Shown one piece after another: positions 38,688 to 47,291 of a DNA stretch of 64,000 bases (position 1 is the stretch's first letter; the number at the start of each line of letters is the position of its first letter). A program made the position numbers and the translations under genes. The DNA is taken from NCBI GenBank assembly GCA_045600845.1, contig JAZRYR010000026.1, forward strand, positions 1,234 to 65,233, given 5' to 3'. Source of the stretch: Lachnospiraceae bacterium (GTDB taxonomy: Bacteria; Bacillota; Clostridia; Lachnospirales; Lachnospiraceae). Under the pieces are notes generated by a model that saw nothing but the letters and a program-made list of their open reading frames with translations, did no database searches and had not been told where the DNA came from.

Positions 38688-39844
38688 TATTCCACGTATA
38701 AGTAATAATCTTCTCCGTTATTGATTCCTGCAATAAAGGTTGCTTTTTCATTAAATACTACATCCATTCTAGGATAGTTATATATTCTCATGTGGGAATT
38801 CCTACCTAGTTTGTTGGTACAAATAAACAGTTTTCCAATAATATCCAAAAAAATATCATCGTAAAAGGAAATGTCATTTTCTGCGGTTTTCATGTTAATG
38901 AACTCATAACTGTCCTGCGTATTCTGTCTCACGTAAGGGTCATTATTCACCACATAGGAAATCCTCAGGTCTTGTTCCTTCAGGTCGGAAATCTTTACCG
39001 TGTATTTTTCTCCGGTCACATAATTGAGAAACAGACATTCCGACTGTTTGACATTCATATCCACCACATTGTAATAGATATACTCGTCTTTTACTTCCGG
39101 TTTCAGAATATATTTATCGTAATAAGTGGTAGTCAAAGGCTCCATGTCGATATTGCCAAGCTGCAGCATGATGTCTGAAAGAAATTTTTTACTGGTCGTC
39201 CGATAAACACTTTCAATCAGCGCTTCATTCTGAGAAGCGTAGTTGAGCCTGGAATCTTCCAGAAAGGAAAAGCCCGTTTTTATCAGAATTTCCGTATCAT
39301 TTAAAGGAAGGATGGTATTGATTCCGTTATTGTTCAGATTTTCTTCGATAATCGGAATCGGTTCATCTAATTCCCCCGAGTATAAGGTCTGGGTAAAGAT
39401 TATGTTACCCATTAATTTATCTGCCTCCGAATTGCTGACGACTTCCGTCTGAACCAGAACATTGGTACTGTTCAGAATGAAGGCTCGGATGACTTTATCC
39501 GAGGTCAGACAATCTGCTGTTTCATTAAAAGAACATAGGATTGCCGTCTTTTTCGTAGTCAAATGATAAGAACGTATTTTTATTTCTATCTTGTCCTCTT
39601 CCAGATTTCGGTAAGTGGCATAATAGACTTCCTCACACGGCTTATAGGCAACATAAAGCTTGACAAAAACGACTTTCTCGACCTCCGGAAGCAGTTCTTC
39701 CATCGTATTGGCAACAGGATCAAAAAGGCAGATTCTCAATAGATCCACCGGCTTCTTATCCTGGTAATACAATTCAAGAATATAATCTCCCCGAACTGCC
39801 AGATCATATAAATAACCATCTTTTTTCAGAATATTGATATTCAT
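38687..39844 (-). CDS. Hypothetical cytoplasmic protein, beta-rich, no recognisable motif
   Basis: This 385-aa ORF has no signal peptide or TM. It is tightly packed between the flavoprotein gene (3-nt gap) and miaB (TAATG overlap). Confidence 0.6.
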   Translation of the reverse strand: MNINILKKDGYLYDLAVRGDYILELYYQDKKPVDLLRICLFDPVANTMEELLPEVEKVVFVKLYVAYKPCEEVYYATYRNLEEDKIEIKIRSYHLTTKKTAILCSFNETADCLTSDKVIRAFILNSTNVLVQTEVVSNSEADKLMGNIIFTQTLYSGELDEPIPIIEENLNNNGINTILPLNDTEILIKTGFSFLEDSRLNYASQNEALIESVYRTTSKKFLSDIMLQLGNIDMEPLTTTYYDKYILKPEVKDEYIYYNVVDMNVKQSECLFLNYVTGEKYTVKISDLKEQDLRISYVVNNDPYVRQNTQDSYEFINMKTAENDISFYDDIFLDIIGKLFICTNKLGRNSHMRIYNYPRMDVVFNEKATFIAGINNGEDYYLYVE

Positions 39845-39847
39845 GTT

Positions 39848-41479
39848 TTATGCCTTATATCTGCTATATATTTCTTCAAATACTTTGATTCCATCCATTG
39901 CAGCACTGGTAATGCCACCAGCATAGCCGGCACCTTCTCCACATGGGAAAATTCCTTTTATATTGCTTTCAAAATGGGCATCCCGAAGAATGCGGACCGG
40001 AGATGAAGTACGACTTTCCACTGCAGATAAAACAGCATCCGGATCTGCATAATCTTTTATCACTCTATTAAAAATACCAAAAGCTTCCTTCAGGGAATCA
40101 CAGACAAATTCCGGAAGGATTTTGTTAATATCCGCAAAGGAACGGTTTCCTTTACTGCTTGGATAGATACTTCCAAATCGAACAGAAGGTTTCCCTTCTA
40201 TAAAATCGCCCATCAACTGAACCGGAATTCGTCCCTTTCCAAAAGTATATGCATTCTTTTCCAGAATTCTCTGGAACTCAATCCCTGCCAGCGGATGCTC
40301 AGACGGGAAGTCCTCCGGAGTAATATTCACGATAATTGCGGAATTGGCATTTTCCCCATCCCGGTTGGAATAACTCATTCCGTTCACACAGACATGACCA
40401 TTTTCGGAAGATGAATTTACAACATATCCTCCCGGACACATACAGAAGGAATAGACGTTCCGCCCCTTGGAGGTTTTCGTTGCAAGTTTATAATCCGCAA
40501 CAGGAAGAGCATCTCCATAGATTTCCCGGTAATTCTCACCGTATTGAGCCTTATTAATTTTCTCTTGGGAATGTTCTACACGGACACCGACCGCAAAAGC
40601 TTTCTGCTCCATAGAAAGGCCGTGACCATAGAGGCTTTTAAAAGTATCTCTGGCAGAATGACCAATGGCCAAAACCAGATTATTACAGTCAACTTCCATC
40701 GTATGCGAGTGCCCATTCATCATGGATTCCAGCTTGATGCTGTCCAGGATTCCGTTGCTTGCAGAAAAACCGATTAATTTCGTGTTAAAAACAACTTCTC
40801 CACCATTTTGAATAATTTTTTTTCGCATGTTCTTGACAATCTTACACAGAACATCCGTGCCCAGATGAGGCTTATTCACATATAATATTTCTTCCGAAGC
40901 ACCATTTTCTACAAAGGTCTTAAGAACCAGATGGTTTCTGCCCTTTGGATCATTAACGCCGGTAGCCAGTTTTCCATCGGAAAAGGTTCCTGCGCCGCCT
41001 TCTCCAAACTGGATATTGCAATTTTCATTTAATGGAGACTCTTCATTCCAGAATTTCTGCACCATTTCCGTCCGTTTATCGACATTATCACCCCGCTCTA
41101 TCAGAATTGGTTTGTAACCATATTCCGAAAGGAAATAAGCAGCAAAAAGACCCGCCGGTCCACTACCGATAACGTAAGGACGCACGTTCATGGAAAGATT
41201 TCCTTGTTCCGGAAGGATATATTGCTTTTCCTGTTTTTGGCTGATGGTTTTACTCTTTTTGCATGCCTCAAGAACTTCTTTTTCGTTTGTAACATCAACA
41301 TCAATAACATAGTTGAAAGTAATGTTCGATTTGTTCCGGGCATCTAAAGATCTTTTGACGATGGTATACTTGATCGAGCAAATGGCATTCTCATCTACTC
41401 GAAGTTTTCTGCAGATAGCAGACTCTAAATCCGCCTGTGAATGTAATACGGGTAATTGAATTTGACTGATCCGAATCAT
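39848..41479 (-). CDS. FAD-dependent oxidoreductase (COG2509-like uncharacterised dehydrogenase)
   Basis: It has the dinucleotide fold YVIGSGPAGLFAA and the C-terminal motif CGEGAGYAGGI. Confidence 0.8.
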   Translation of the reverse strand: MIRISQIQLPVLHSQADLESAICRKLRVDENAICSIKYTIVKRSLDARNKSNITFNYVIDVDVTNEKEVLEACKKSKTISQKQEKQYILPEQGNLSMNVRPYVIGSGPAGLFAAYFLSEYGYKPILIERGDNVDKRTEMVQKFWNEESPLNENCNIQFGEGGAGTFSDGKLATGVNDPKGRNHLVLKTFVENGASEEILYVNKPHLGTDVLCKIVKNMRKKIIQNGGEVVFNTKLIGFSASNGILDSIKLESMMNGHSHTMEVDCNNLVLAIGHSARDTFKSLYGHGLSMEQKAFAVGVRVEHSQEKINKAQYGENYREIYGDALPVADYKLATKTSKGRNVYSFCMCPGGYVVNSSSENGHVCVNGMSYSNRDGENANSAIIVNITPEDFPSEHPLAGIEFQRILEKNAYTFGKGRIPVQLMGDFIEGKPSVRFGSIYPSSKGNRSFADINKILPEFVCDSLKEAFGIFNRVIKDYADPDAVLSAVESRTSSPVRILRDAHFESNIKGIFPCGEGAGYAGGITSAAMDGIKVFEEIYSRYKA

Positions 41480-41565
41480 AATTATTGATTAAGAATCCTT
41501 TCTATTAATTTTTCTATATTTTAACATATCTCATAAAATAAACAATACTCACTTCTCCTTACGGA

Positions 41566-42780
41566 TTACCATTTATCTATACCAGCCACACAGGCGGCCG
41601 TCGGCCATGCCCATTGCAGGTTATAACCACCGCAAATGCCGTTAATATCCATTATTTCCCCAGTGAAGTACAAGTCTTCAATGAAACGGGATTCGCAGGA
41701 TTCCGGCCGGATTTCGTCCGCAGATACGCCTCCCGCAGTTACCTGGGACTCGGCAAAAGAACATAAGTCCACCGGATGAATTTTAAATCCTTTAATGATA
41801 TTGGACAGACAGATTGCCCATTCCTCTTTTGATACTTTTTTACAGTTATTCTTAAGTTCTTTTTGCAAAACATTATCCAGTTTTTTATTAAGGACACCTA
41901 AAAGATAATTCTCTTTTTTTCGGGAGAGGAAGGCTGTCAGTTCCTCTTTTGGGATTTCCGGCAACAGGTCAATTTTGATCAAAGGACGTTTTCCTGCCTT
42001 CAGCATTCTCCCTAAAACGTTCGACATCTGAAATGCCGGAATACCGGAAATACCATAATCATTAAACTGAAGATTACCGGATACCTCCATCAACACAGCA
42101 CCTTTTTCATCAAATAAACTGATTTTGGAATCATTTCTGACGCCGGATAGCTCTTTAAAAAATGTATCGGAGCATTTAATGCCACACAAAGAAGGAATTG
42201 GCTTTATGATTGTATGTCCGAAAGCCTTAGCAATTTCATATCCGCTACCGTCAGATCCCGTTTTCGGAGCGCTCATTCCACCCGTTGCCAAGACTAATCT
42301 GTTGCAGGAATACTCATCATCGATAAAGAAACTTTTCCCCTTTTTTATGACTTTAACCGGCTGGTAGTTCAACAGAAATTCTACGCCAAGTTTTTCACAT
42401 TGGAATCTCAAGGCATCCAAAATAGAAGAAGCCTGTTCGCTTCTCGGATAAATGTAACCGTTTTTGTTTTCACATAAAATGCCGAGGCTATTAAAAAAAG
42501 CGATGGTATCATCCGCATCAAAATTACGGAGAACCGTTTCAGCAAATTCTTTATTTTCCAAAGGATAATATGGATAAATCCCTTCCGGATTAGAGTCAAA
42601 CAAATCTACCTTACAGTAAGTGTTTGTAAGATTGCATTTTCCATTTCCGGTAGAAAGAATCTTTTTCCCGACACGATCCTTATGTTCAATTACTAGAACG
42701 GAATTATTCTCTTTTTTAGACATTATGGCGGTGCATAAACCAGATGCACCGCCACCAATAATAATTATATCGTATTTCAT
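41566..42780 (-). CDS. HI0933/BaiN-like (aminoacetone-oxidase family) flavoprotein
   Basis: The translation includes YDIIIIGGGASGL, GNGKCNLTN, LATGGMSAPKTGSDGSGY and ITGGYNLQWAW-type C-terminus (ICGGYNLQWAW). Confidence 0.8.
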   Translation of the reverse strand: MKYDIIIIGGGASGLCTAIMSKKENNSVLVIEHKDRVGKKILSTGNGKCNLTNTYCKVDLFDSNPEGIYPYYPLENKEFAETVLRNFDADDTIAFFNSLGILCENKNGYIYPRSEQASSILDALRFQCEKLGVEFLLNYQPVKVIKKGKSFFIDDEYSCNRLVLATGGMSAPKTGSDGSGYEIAKAFGHTIIKPIPSLCGIKCSDTFFKELSGVRNDSKISLFDEKGAVLMEVSGNLQFNDYGISGIPAFQMSNVLGRMLKAGKRPLIKIDLLPEIPKEELTAFLSRKKENYLLGVLNKKLDNVLQKELKNNCKKVSKEEWAICLSNIIKGFKIHPVDLCSFAESQVTAGGVSADEIRPESCESRFIEDLYFTGEIMDINGICGGYNLQWAWPTAACVAGIDKW

Positions 42781-42786
42781 TAAATA

Positions 42787-44874
42787 TTATTCTTCGTCGT
42801 CTGTATGACGATTTGCAACTTCTCTTTCCTGAACATCTGAAGGAGCCTGCTCATAACGAGAGAATTCATATTCGAAATCACCAAATCCGCCTGTCATAGA
42901 ACGAAGGATTGTGCCATAACCAAAGAGTTCAGACTGTGGAATGTCTGCTTCGATGCAGGTAACACCACTTGAAACAGGGTTGGAACCAAGTACACGGCCT
43001 CTTCTCTTATTTAAGTCACCCATAACATCACCGGTGAATCTATCCGGGATCGTAACTTTCAGGCTGGCGATAGGCTCTAATAATACCGGGCCAGCTTCCA
43101 TGAAGCCTTTCTTGAATGCAAGGATGGTAGCCATCTTGAATGACATTTCATTAGAGTCTACTGGATGGTAAGATCCATCATATAAGGTAGCCTTAACACC
43201 AACTACTGGATAGTTCGCAAGAGGTCCCTTCTGAACGCAGTCCTGAAGACCTTTTTCAACTGCTGGGAAGAAGTTCTTAGGAACGCTACCACCAACAACC
43301 TCTTCTGTAAATTCATAAGGTTTTGTTGTGTCGCCAGAAGGAGCGAATCTCATTCTTACGTCACCATACTGTCCATGTCCACCAGACTGTTTCTTATGTT
43401 TACCCTGAACATCTGATGTCTTCTTGATAGTCTCACGGAATGCGAAAGCAGGTTTTTCAAGCTGAACATCAACTTTGTATTTTTCTTTCATTTTAGAAAC
43501 GATAACATCCAGCTGCTGATCGCCAATACCGTAAATAAGTGACTGATGGTTTTCTTCGTCTGCTACAACCTTCAGAGTCTGATCTTCTGCACATAATTTC
43601 TGAAGTGCCTGCTGGATCTTATCTTCTTCGCCTTTATTAACAGCGCTGTATTTCATGTAGGTATAAGGTTTAGCCATGTCAAATTTATCAAGAACGATTG
43701 GAGTTTCTTTCTTGGATAATGTATCGCCGGTCTTAGCCAGGTCTAATTTACCGATAGCACCGATATCGCCAGACTGGATTTCTTTTACTTCTTCGAAGTT
43801 TTTACCGCGCATTACATATAATTTGGATAATTTCTCGCTCTCATCTGTAGCACCATTGAATACCTGGTCATCAGAATGAAGAACGCCGGAATATACCTTA
43901 ACTAAGGAATATTTACCGATAAACGGGTCAACGATGGTCTTAAATACATAAGCTGCCAGAGGAGAATCTTCTTTGCACTCTGCATCAAAAGCTTCGTCAG
44001 TTTTAACGTTCTTTCCAGATTTCTTTACAGGGCTCATATCCGGAGCTGGGAAGAAGTCAGCTACAGCCTCAAGAACTGTTCTTGGTCCAAAGTTCTTTGT
44101 AGATGCACCAACAAGTACAGGAACCATATCACCTTCAGAAACGGCCTGTTTCAAAGCGGAGGCGATTTCTTCTTTTGTAAATTCTTCACCACCGAAGTAT
44201 TTATCCATGAACTCTTCACTGGTTTCAGCTACATGTTCCATAATCTCTTCTTTTGTAGAAGCAACTTCATCTGCAAGATCGCCAGGAACATCGGCTTTAT
44301 CACATTTTCCGTCTGCTTTATATTTCATTCCTTCTTCAGACATAACATCAGCATAACCTACCAGAGCTCCGCCTTCTTTGATTGGAAGCTGGAATGCTGC
44401 TATTTTATTACCAAAAGAATCTTTTAAAGCAGCTAAAACACCGTTGAAATCAGCATTTGCATCATCCATACCGGAAATGTAGATCATACGAGGAATATTG
44501 TATTTCTCACAATAATTCCATGCTTTATGAGCACCAACTTCAATACCGCTCTTTGCATTTACTACGATAACTGCGGAATCAGCAACAGAGATACCTTCCT
44601 GAGTTGCACCAACAAAATCGAAGTAACCAGGAGTATCCAGTACATTAATCTTTAATCCATTGAATTCAATAGGAATAACCGTTGTACTGATAGAAAACTG
44701 TCTTTTCTGCTCTTCTTTATCAAAATCGCTGATTGTATTGCCGTCAGCAATATTACCCATTCTATTTGTAATACCTGTTGTTAAAGCAAAAGCTTCAGCT
44801 AATGTAGATTTTCCAGAACCGCCATGACCTAAAAGAACGACGTTTCTGACTTTGTCTGTCTTATAAACATTCAT
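42787..44874 (-). CDS. Elongation factor G paralogue (EF-G2-like translational GTPase)
   Basis: At 695 aa it has G motifs GHGGSGKST and DTPGYFDF and all five EF-G domains by length and pattern. It is not in an rpsL-rpsG-fusA-tuf context. Confidence 0.85.
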   Translation of the reverse strand: MNVYKTDKVRNVVLLGHGGSGKSTLAEAFALTTGITNRMGNIADGNTISDFDKEEQKRQFSISTTVIPIEFNGLKINVLDTPGYFDFVGATQEGISVADSAVIVVNAKSGIEVGAHKAWNYCEKYNIPRMIYISGMDDANADFNGVLAALKDSFGNKIAAFQLPIKEGGALVGYADVMSEEGMKYKADGKCDKADVPGDLADEVASTKEEIMEHVAETSEEFMDKYFGGEEFTKEEIASALKQAVSEGDMVPVLVGASTKNFGPRTVLEAVADFFPAPDMSPVKKSGKNVKTDEAFDAECKEDSPLAAYVFKTIVDPFIGKYSLVKVYSGVLHSDDQVFNGATDESEKLSKLYVMRGKNFEEVKEIQSGDIGAIGKLDLAKTGDTLSKKETPIVLDKFDMAKPYTYMKYSAVNKGEEDKIQQALQKLCAEDQTLKVVADEENHQSLIYGIGDQQLDVIVSKMKEKYKVDVQLEKPAFAFRETIKKTSDVQGKHKKQSGGHGQYGDVRMRFAPSGDTTKPYEFTEEVVGGSVPKNFFPAVEKGLQDCVQKGPLANYPVVGVKATLYDGSYHPVDSNEMSFKMATILAFKKGFMEAGPVLLEPIASLKVTIPDRFTGDVMGDLNKRRGRVLGSNPVSSGVTCIEADIPQSELFGYGTILRSMTGGFGDFEYEFSRYEQAPSDVQEREVANRHTDDEE

Positions 44875-45038
44875 ATGAAAATACCTCCAATAGTTTTTTC
44901 TAAACCGTACAGAGTTAGTTTACTAAAATAAGCCTTTATTTACAAGTGTTTTTTAAAGATATAAAGAGAAATATAGGCTGTCCGAACATTTCAAAAACAA
45001 AGGCAGTTGCAAAGGGTTTGCAGTACTTTTCGAAAGAA

Positions 45039-45590
45039 TCAAACCGGAGGTTTGAAACTTTTTTCCACCTCATAAACAACATTGTCGCTAAAATGCCACC
45101 ACTCGTCCTGATATGGAATAAAGCCGGCTTCAATCATTGTTTCCTGAAGCATCCAGGCATTGACAACCGATTCCTTGTCCATGACATCCCGATAATCACG
45201 GTCGGCCAATGGGGAAAAGCTGTCAAACTCCGTCGGCATGATAACCTCTTTTCCATCAGAATCAATAACGGTCACATCCACTGTATTTCCTCTACTATGG
45301 TCAGAAAAGCCCGTCGTTGGATCTGCCACAAAAGTACTGTCCGGATAAACTTCCCATAAAATAAACTGGGCATAAACCGGGCGATATGCATCCCATATTT
45401 TTAACCCGTATCCCTGAAATTTCAGTATTTCCTGGGCTTTCATAAGCTTCTGTACTGTGCCATATCTCAGCCAGGCGTCGGTAAAATCATATATTTTTTT
45501 GCCGGTAAAATTGTCCGGGCCGGCATATCTTAACTCTACTTCTAGCTCCGGAATATAATCTTTCACTCTTACAAATTCTTTATCTTTCAT
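45039..45590 (-). CDS. D-alanyl-D-alanine dipeptidase (M15D, VanX/DdpX-like)
   Basis: Segments LKIWDAYRP, SDHSRGNTVDVT and WWHF match the zinc ligands and catalytic pattern of VanX-type dipeptidases. The ATG at 45590 (MKDKEF) is preferred over the GTG at 45602. Confidence 0.8.
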   Translation of the reverse strand: MKDKEFVRVKDYIPELEVELRYAGPDNFTGKKIYDFTDAWLRYGTVQKLMKAQEILKFQGYGLKIWDAYRPVYAQFILWEVYPDSTFVADPTTGFSDHSRGNTVDVTVIDSDGKEVIMPTEFDSFSPLADRDYRDVMDKESVVNAWMLQETMIEAGFIPYQDEWWHFSDNVVYEVEKSFKPPV

Positions 45591-45676
45591 ATTTTCTCTC
45601 ACTTTATTTTATTATGGCGATCGCACAGAGCGCTCGCTCATGGTCTTCTTTCCGCTTAAACTTCAGCTTTTAAATT

Positions 45677-45757
45677 AGTTTAGTTGCTCGGCTCATGAAA
45701 AAGTTTAGTTGCTCCATATGCGCTTCGGCTCCTGTATGTGTTTAGTTGCTCCATATG
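45677..45757. repeat. Three direct copies of (A)GTTTAGTTGCTC; the last two extend to 18 bp
   Basis: Copies lie at 45677-45689, 45702-45714 and 45740-45751. GTTTAGTTGCTCCATATG is identical at 45703-45720 and 45740-45757, a 37-bp period. Confidence 0.8.
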
Positions 45758-45832
45758 AACATATTCTAAACAGCCGGCCGCCATTTGCCAACCGTCTTTT
45801 CTGTTCTTTATATTTTAATACAAAAAAGAGAT

Positions 45833-45894
45833 GGAGGCTTTCCGCTTTTTTCTCTGCTTTTTATTAATTTAACGGAGGCTTTCCGCTTTTTTCT
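45833..45894. repeat. Two identical 21-bp direct repeats, GGAGGCTTTCCGCTTTTTTCT, with a 41-bp period
   Basis: The copies lie at 45833-45853 and 45874-45894, followed by the AT-rich tract TTTATATATATATT (45897-45910). Confidence 0.85.
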
Positions 45895-46055
45895 AGTTTA
45901 TATATATATTTGACGGATGAGATTCCGCCATTTTTAAGTCATTTCATGATTTTGACGGAATTTTTGTTATCATTCTCCATCAAAAAGACCAGAAAAAGAC
46001 AAAAAAACTGAAAACTGGTAAAACTTTTCCGTCAAATCCAGCAAAAAATCATTTA

Positions 46056-46373
46056 TTGACGGAAAAAGACCCATGTATTTCCGTTAACAGAGTCTTAAAG
46101 AACTTCTTTTGACGGAAAAAGACCCATGTATTTCCGTTAACAGCGTCTTAAAGAACTTCTTTTGACGGAAAAAGACCCATGTGTTTCCGTTAATAGAGTC
46201 TAAAAGAACTTCTTTTGACGGAAAAAGACCCATGTATTTCCGTTAATAGAGTCTTAAAGAACTTCTTTTGACGGAAAAAGACCCATGTGTTTCCGTTAAC
46301 AGAGTCTTAAAGAACTTCTTTTGACGGAAAAAGACCAGTATTCTTCTGTCAATATGACCATAAAGGACTTCTT
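46056..46373. repeat. Tandem array of six 53-bp units (five near-identical, one degenerate), each with an ACGGAAA-N12-TTTCCGT dyad and an AAGAA-C-TTCTT palindrome
   Basis: Units start at 46056, 46109, 46162, 46215, 46268 and 46321. The unit sequence is TTGACGGAAAAAGACCCATGTATTTCCGTTAACAGAGTCTTAAAGAACTTCTT. Units 1-5 differ at 1-3 positions, and unit 6 keeps only the ends. Extra TTGACGGA(A) copies lie at 45910 and 45952, with an inverted copy at 46027-46035. Confidence 0.95.
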
Positions 46374-46388
46374 TTGATGGGAATCAAC

Positions 46389-47198
46389 TTACAAAAGAAA
46401 AATTCGAATCATTTCATCAACAAGAAGCATGTCCAGCGGGCTCTTTTTTGTCTCAGCCGTAACAATAAGGTTAATGCCCTGGATAATTCCAGCGTCAAAA
46501 AAAGTTTTTTCACAGAACAATGTCTTGCGCAAATAGTCTGGATTATCCATCATCCCACGATGATCCCAATACCATACTTTTTCCGTATTTACGTTTAAAC
46601 AACGGAAATCGATACTAATACGCGTGCCATTCAGATTGAGCACCTCATCATAGTGATAGGGAATGGAATAATTTTCCAGACGAGAAACGATTAAGGCTTC
46701 CGATTTACTTCGAACTTTTAAACCTGGAACAATTGTTGGATATATCAGATTTTCCTTATATTCCCAATTTCTCTCATATGGTTTTTTCTTCCACTGGAAA
46801 TGCCGGTCATCTTCCAATTGCCGTTTTGGAAGTAATTGTGCCAGCCATGGATTATTACATAACAATTCTTCCGAACAATACGGCGTTCGGAAATTATTTA
46901 ATAAAGCGTCAATGACTTCTATTCTGTTTGAAATATCTTTAGATAAGACTTCAGCATACATTTTCTCCGCGACCAGGTTTGCTTCCGCTTTCAAAGAATC
47001 ATTCACATATACTCTTTTATAATTGTGTGGATGACGTTGCTCTGGTGAATGAAAATGGAGATATAATTCTTCCCTCCCATTATTTCGATGCACTCTGGTC
47101 AAATGAGCATCGGGAGCTTTTGATAAAATCATCGCAAGATTTTCCAGCTCTGCTTCCAGTTTGTTCCGATAATTTGTAAGATTTTCTAATGTGATCAT
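46389..47198 (-). CDS. Orphan protein with a helical N-terminal half and a C-terminal region resembling a PD-(D/E)xK / TnsA-N-like nuclease fold
   Basis: The ORF is 269 aa. The C-terminal pattern is VRSKSEALIVSRLENYSIPYHYDEVLNLNG.RISIDFRC...VWYWDHRGMMDNPDYLRKT..K..FFDAGI..G.NLIVTAE. That is a Glu in a helix, a hydrophobic-D-F strand and an acidic strand. The assignment is by pattern only. Confidence 0.55.
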   Translation of the reverse strand: MITLENLTNYRNKLEAELENLAMILSKAPDAHLTRVHRNNGREELYLHFHSPEQRHPHNYKRVYVNDSLKAEANLVAEKMYAEVLSKDISNRIEVIDALLNNFRTPYCSEELLCNNPWLAQLLPKRQLEDDRHFQWKKKPYERNWEYKENLIYPTIVPGLKVRSKSEALIVSRLENYSIPYHYDEVLNLNGTRISIDFRCLNVNTEKVWYWDHRGMMDNPDYLRKTLFCEKTFFDAGIIQGINLIVTAETKKSPLDMLLVDEMIRIFLL

Positions 47199-47291
47199 AG
47201 TTAAGAATTCCTTTGAGAAAAGATAATAATTTGAAATTGATTGAATTTCCGTTGTAGATGTGAAAAAGAATTCACGCCGAATACAATTCGA

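Noticed and set aside
42787-44874. The EF-G-like gene as a Tet(M)/Tet(O)-type ribosomal protection (tetracycline resistance) gene
   Set aside because: Its length of 695 aa and its G1 motif GHGGSGKS fit EF-G/EF-G2. Tet(M)-type proteins are about 640 aa with AHVDAGKT. No mobile-element context is present either. A phylogeny would be needed for certainty.
45008-45056. Small hairpins (TGCAAA-GGG-TTTGCA at 45008-45022; CAAACC-GGA-GGTTTG at 45041-45055) as the dipeptidase terminator
   Set aside because: The first has only a 6-bp stem, with the U-run displaced by 7 nt. The second lies inside the coding sequence. Both are too weak to call.
44946-45359. The 137-aa plus-strand ORF (also 46374..46598 and 46733..46915)
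   Set aside because: These are antisense to well-supported minus-strand genes, lack an RBS, and have an odd composition. They are shadow ORFs.
45039-45590. The VanX-like dipeptidase as part of a vancomycin-resistance cluster
   Set aside because: The window contains no vanH, vanA/B ligase or vanRS genes. A stand-alone DdpX-type dipeptidase is the simpler reading.
46056-46373. The 53-bp tandem array as a CRISPR locus
   Set aside because: The entire 53-bp unit is conserved from copy to copy, including the part that would have to be the spacer. There are no unique spacers and no cas genes in the window.
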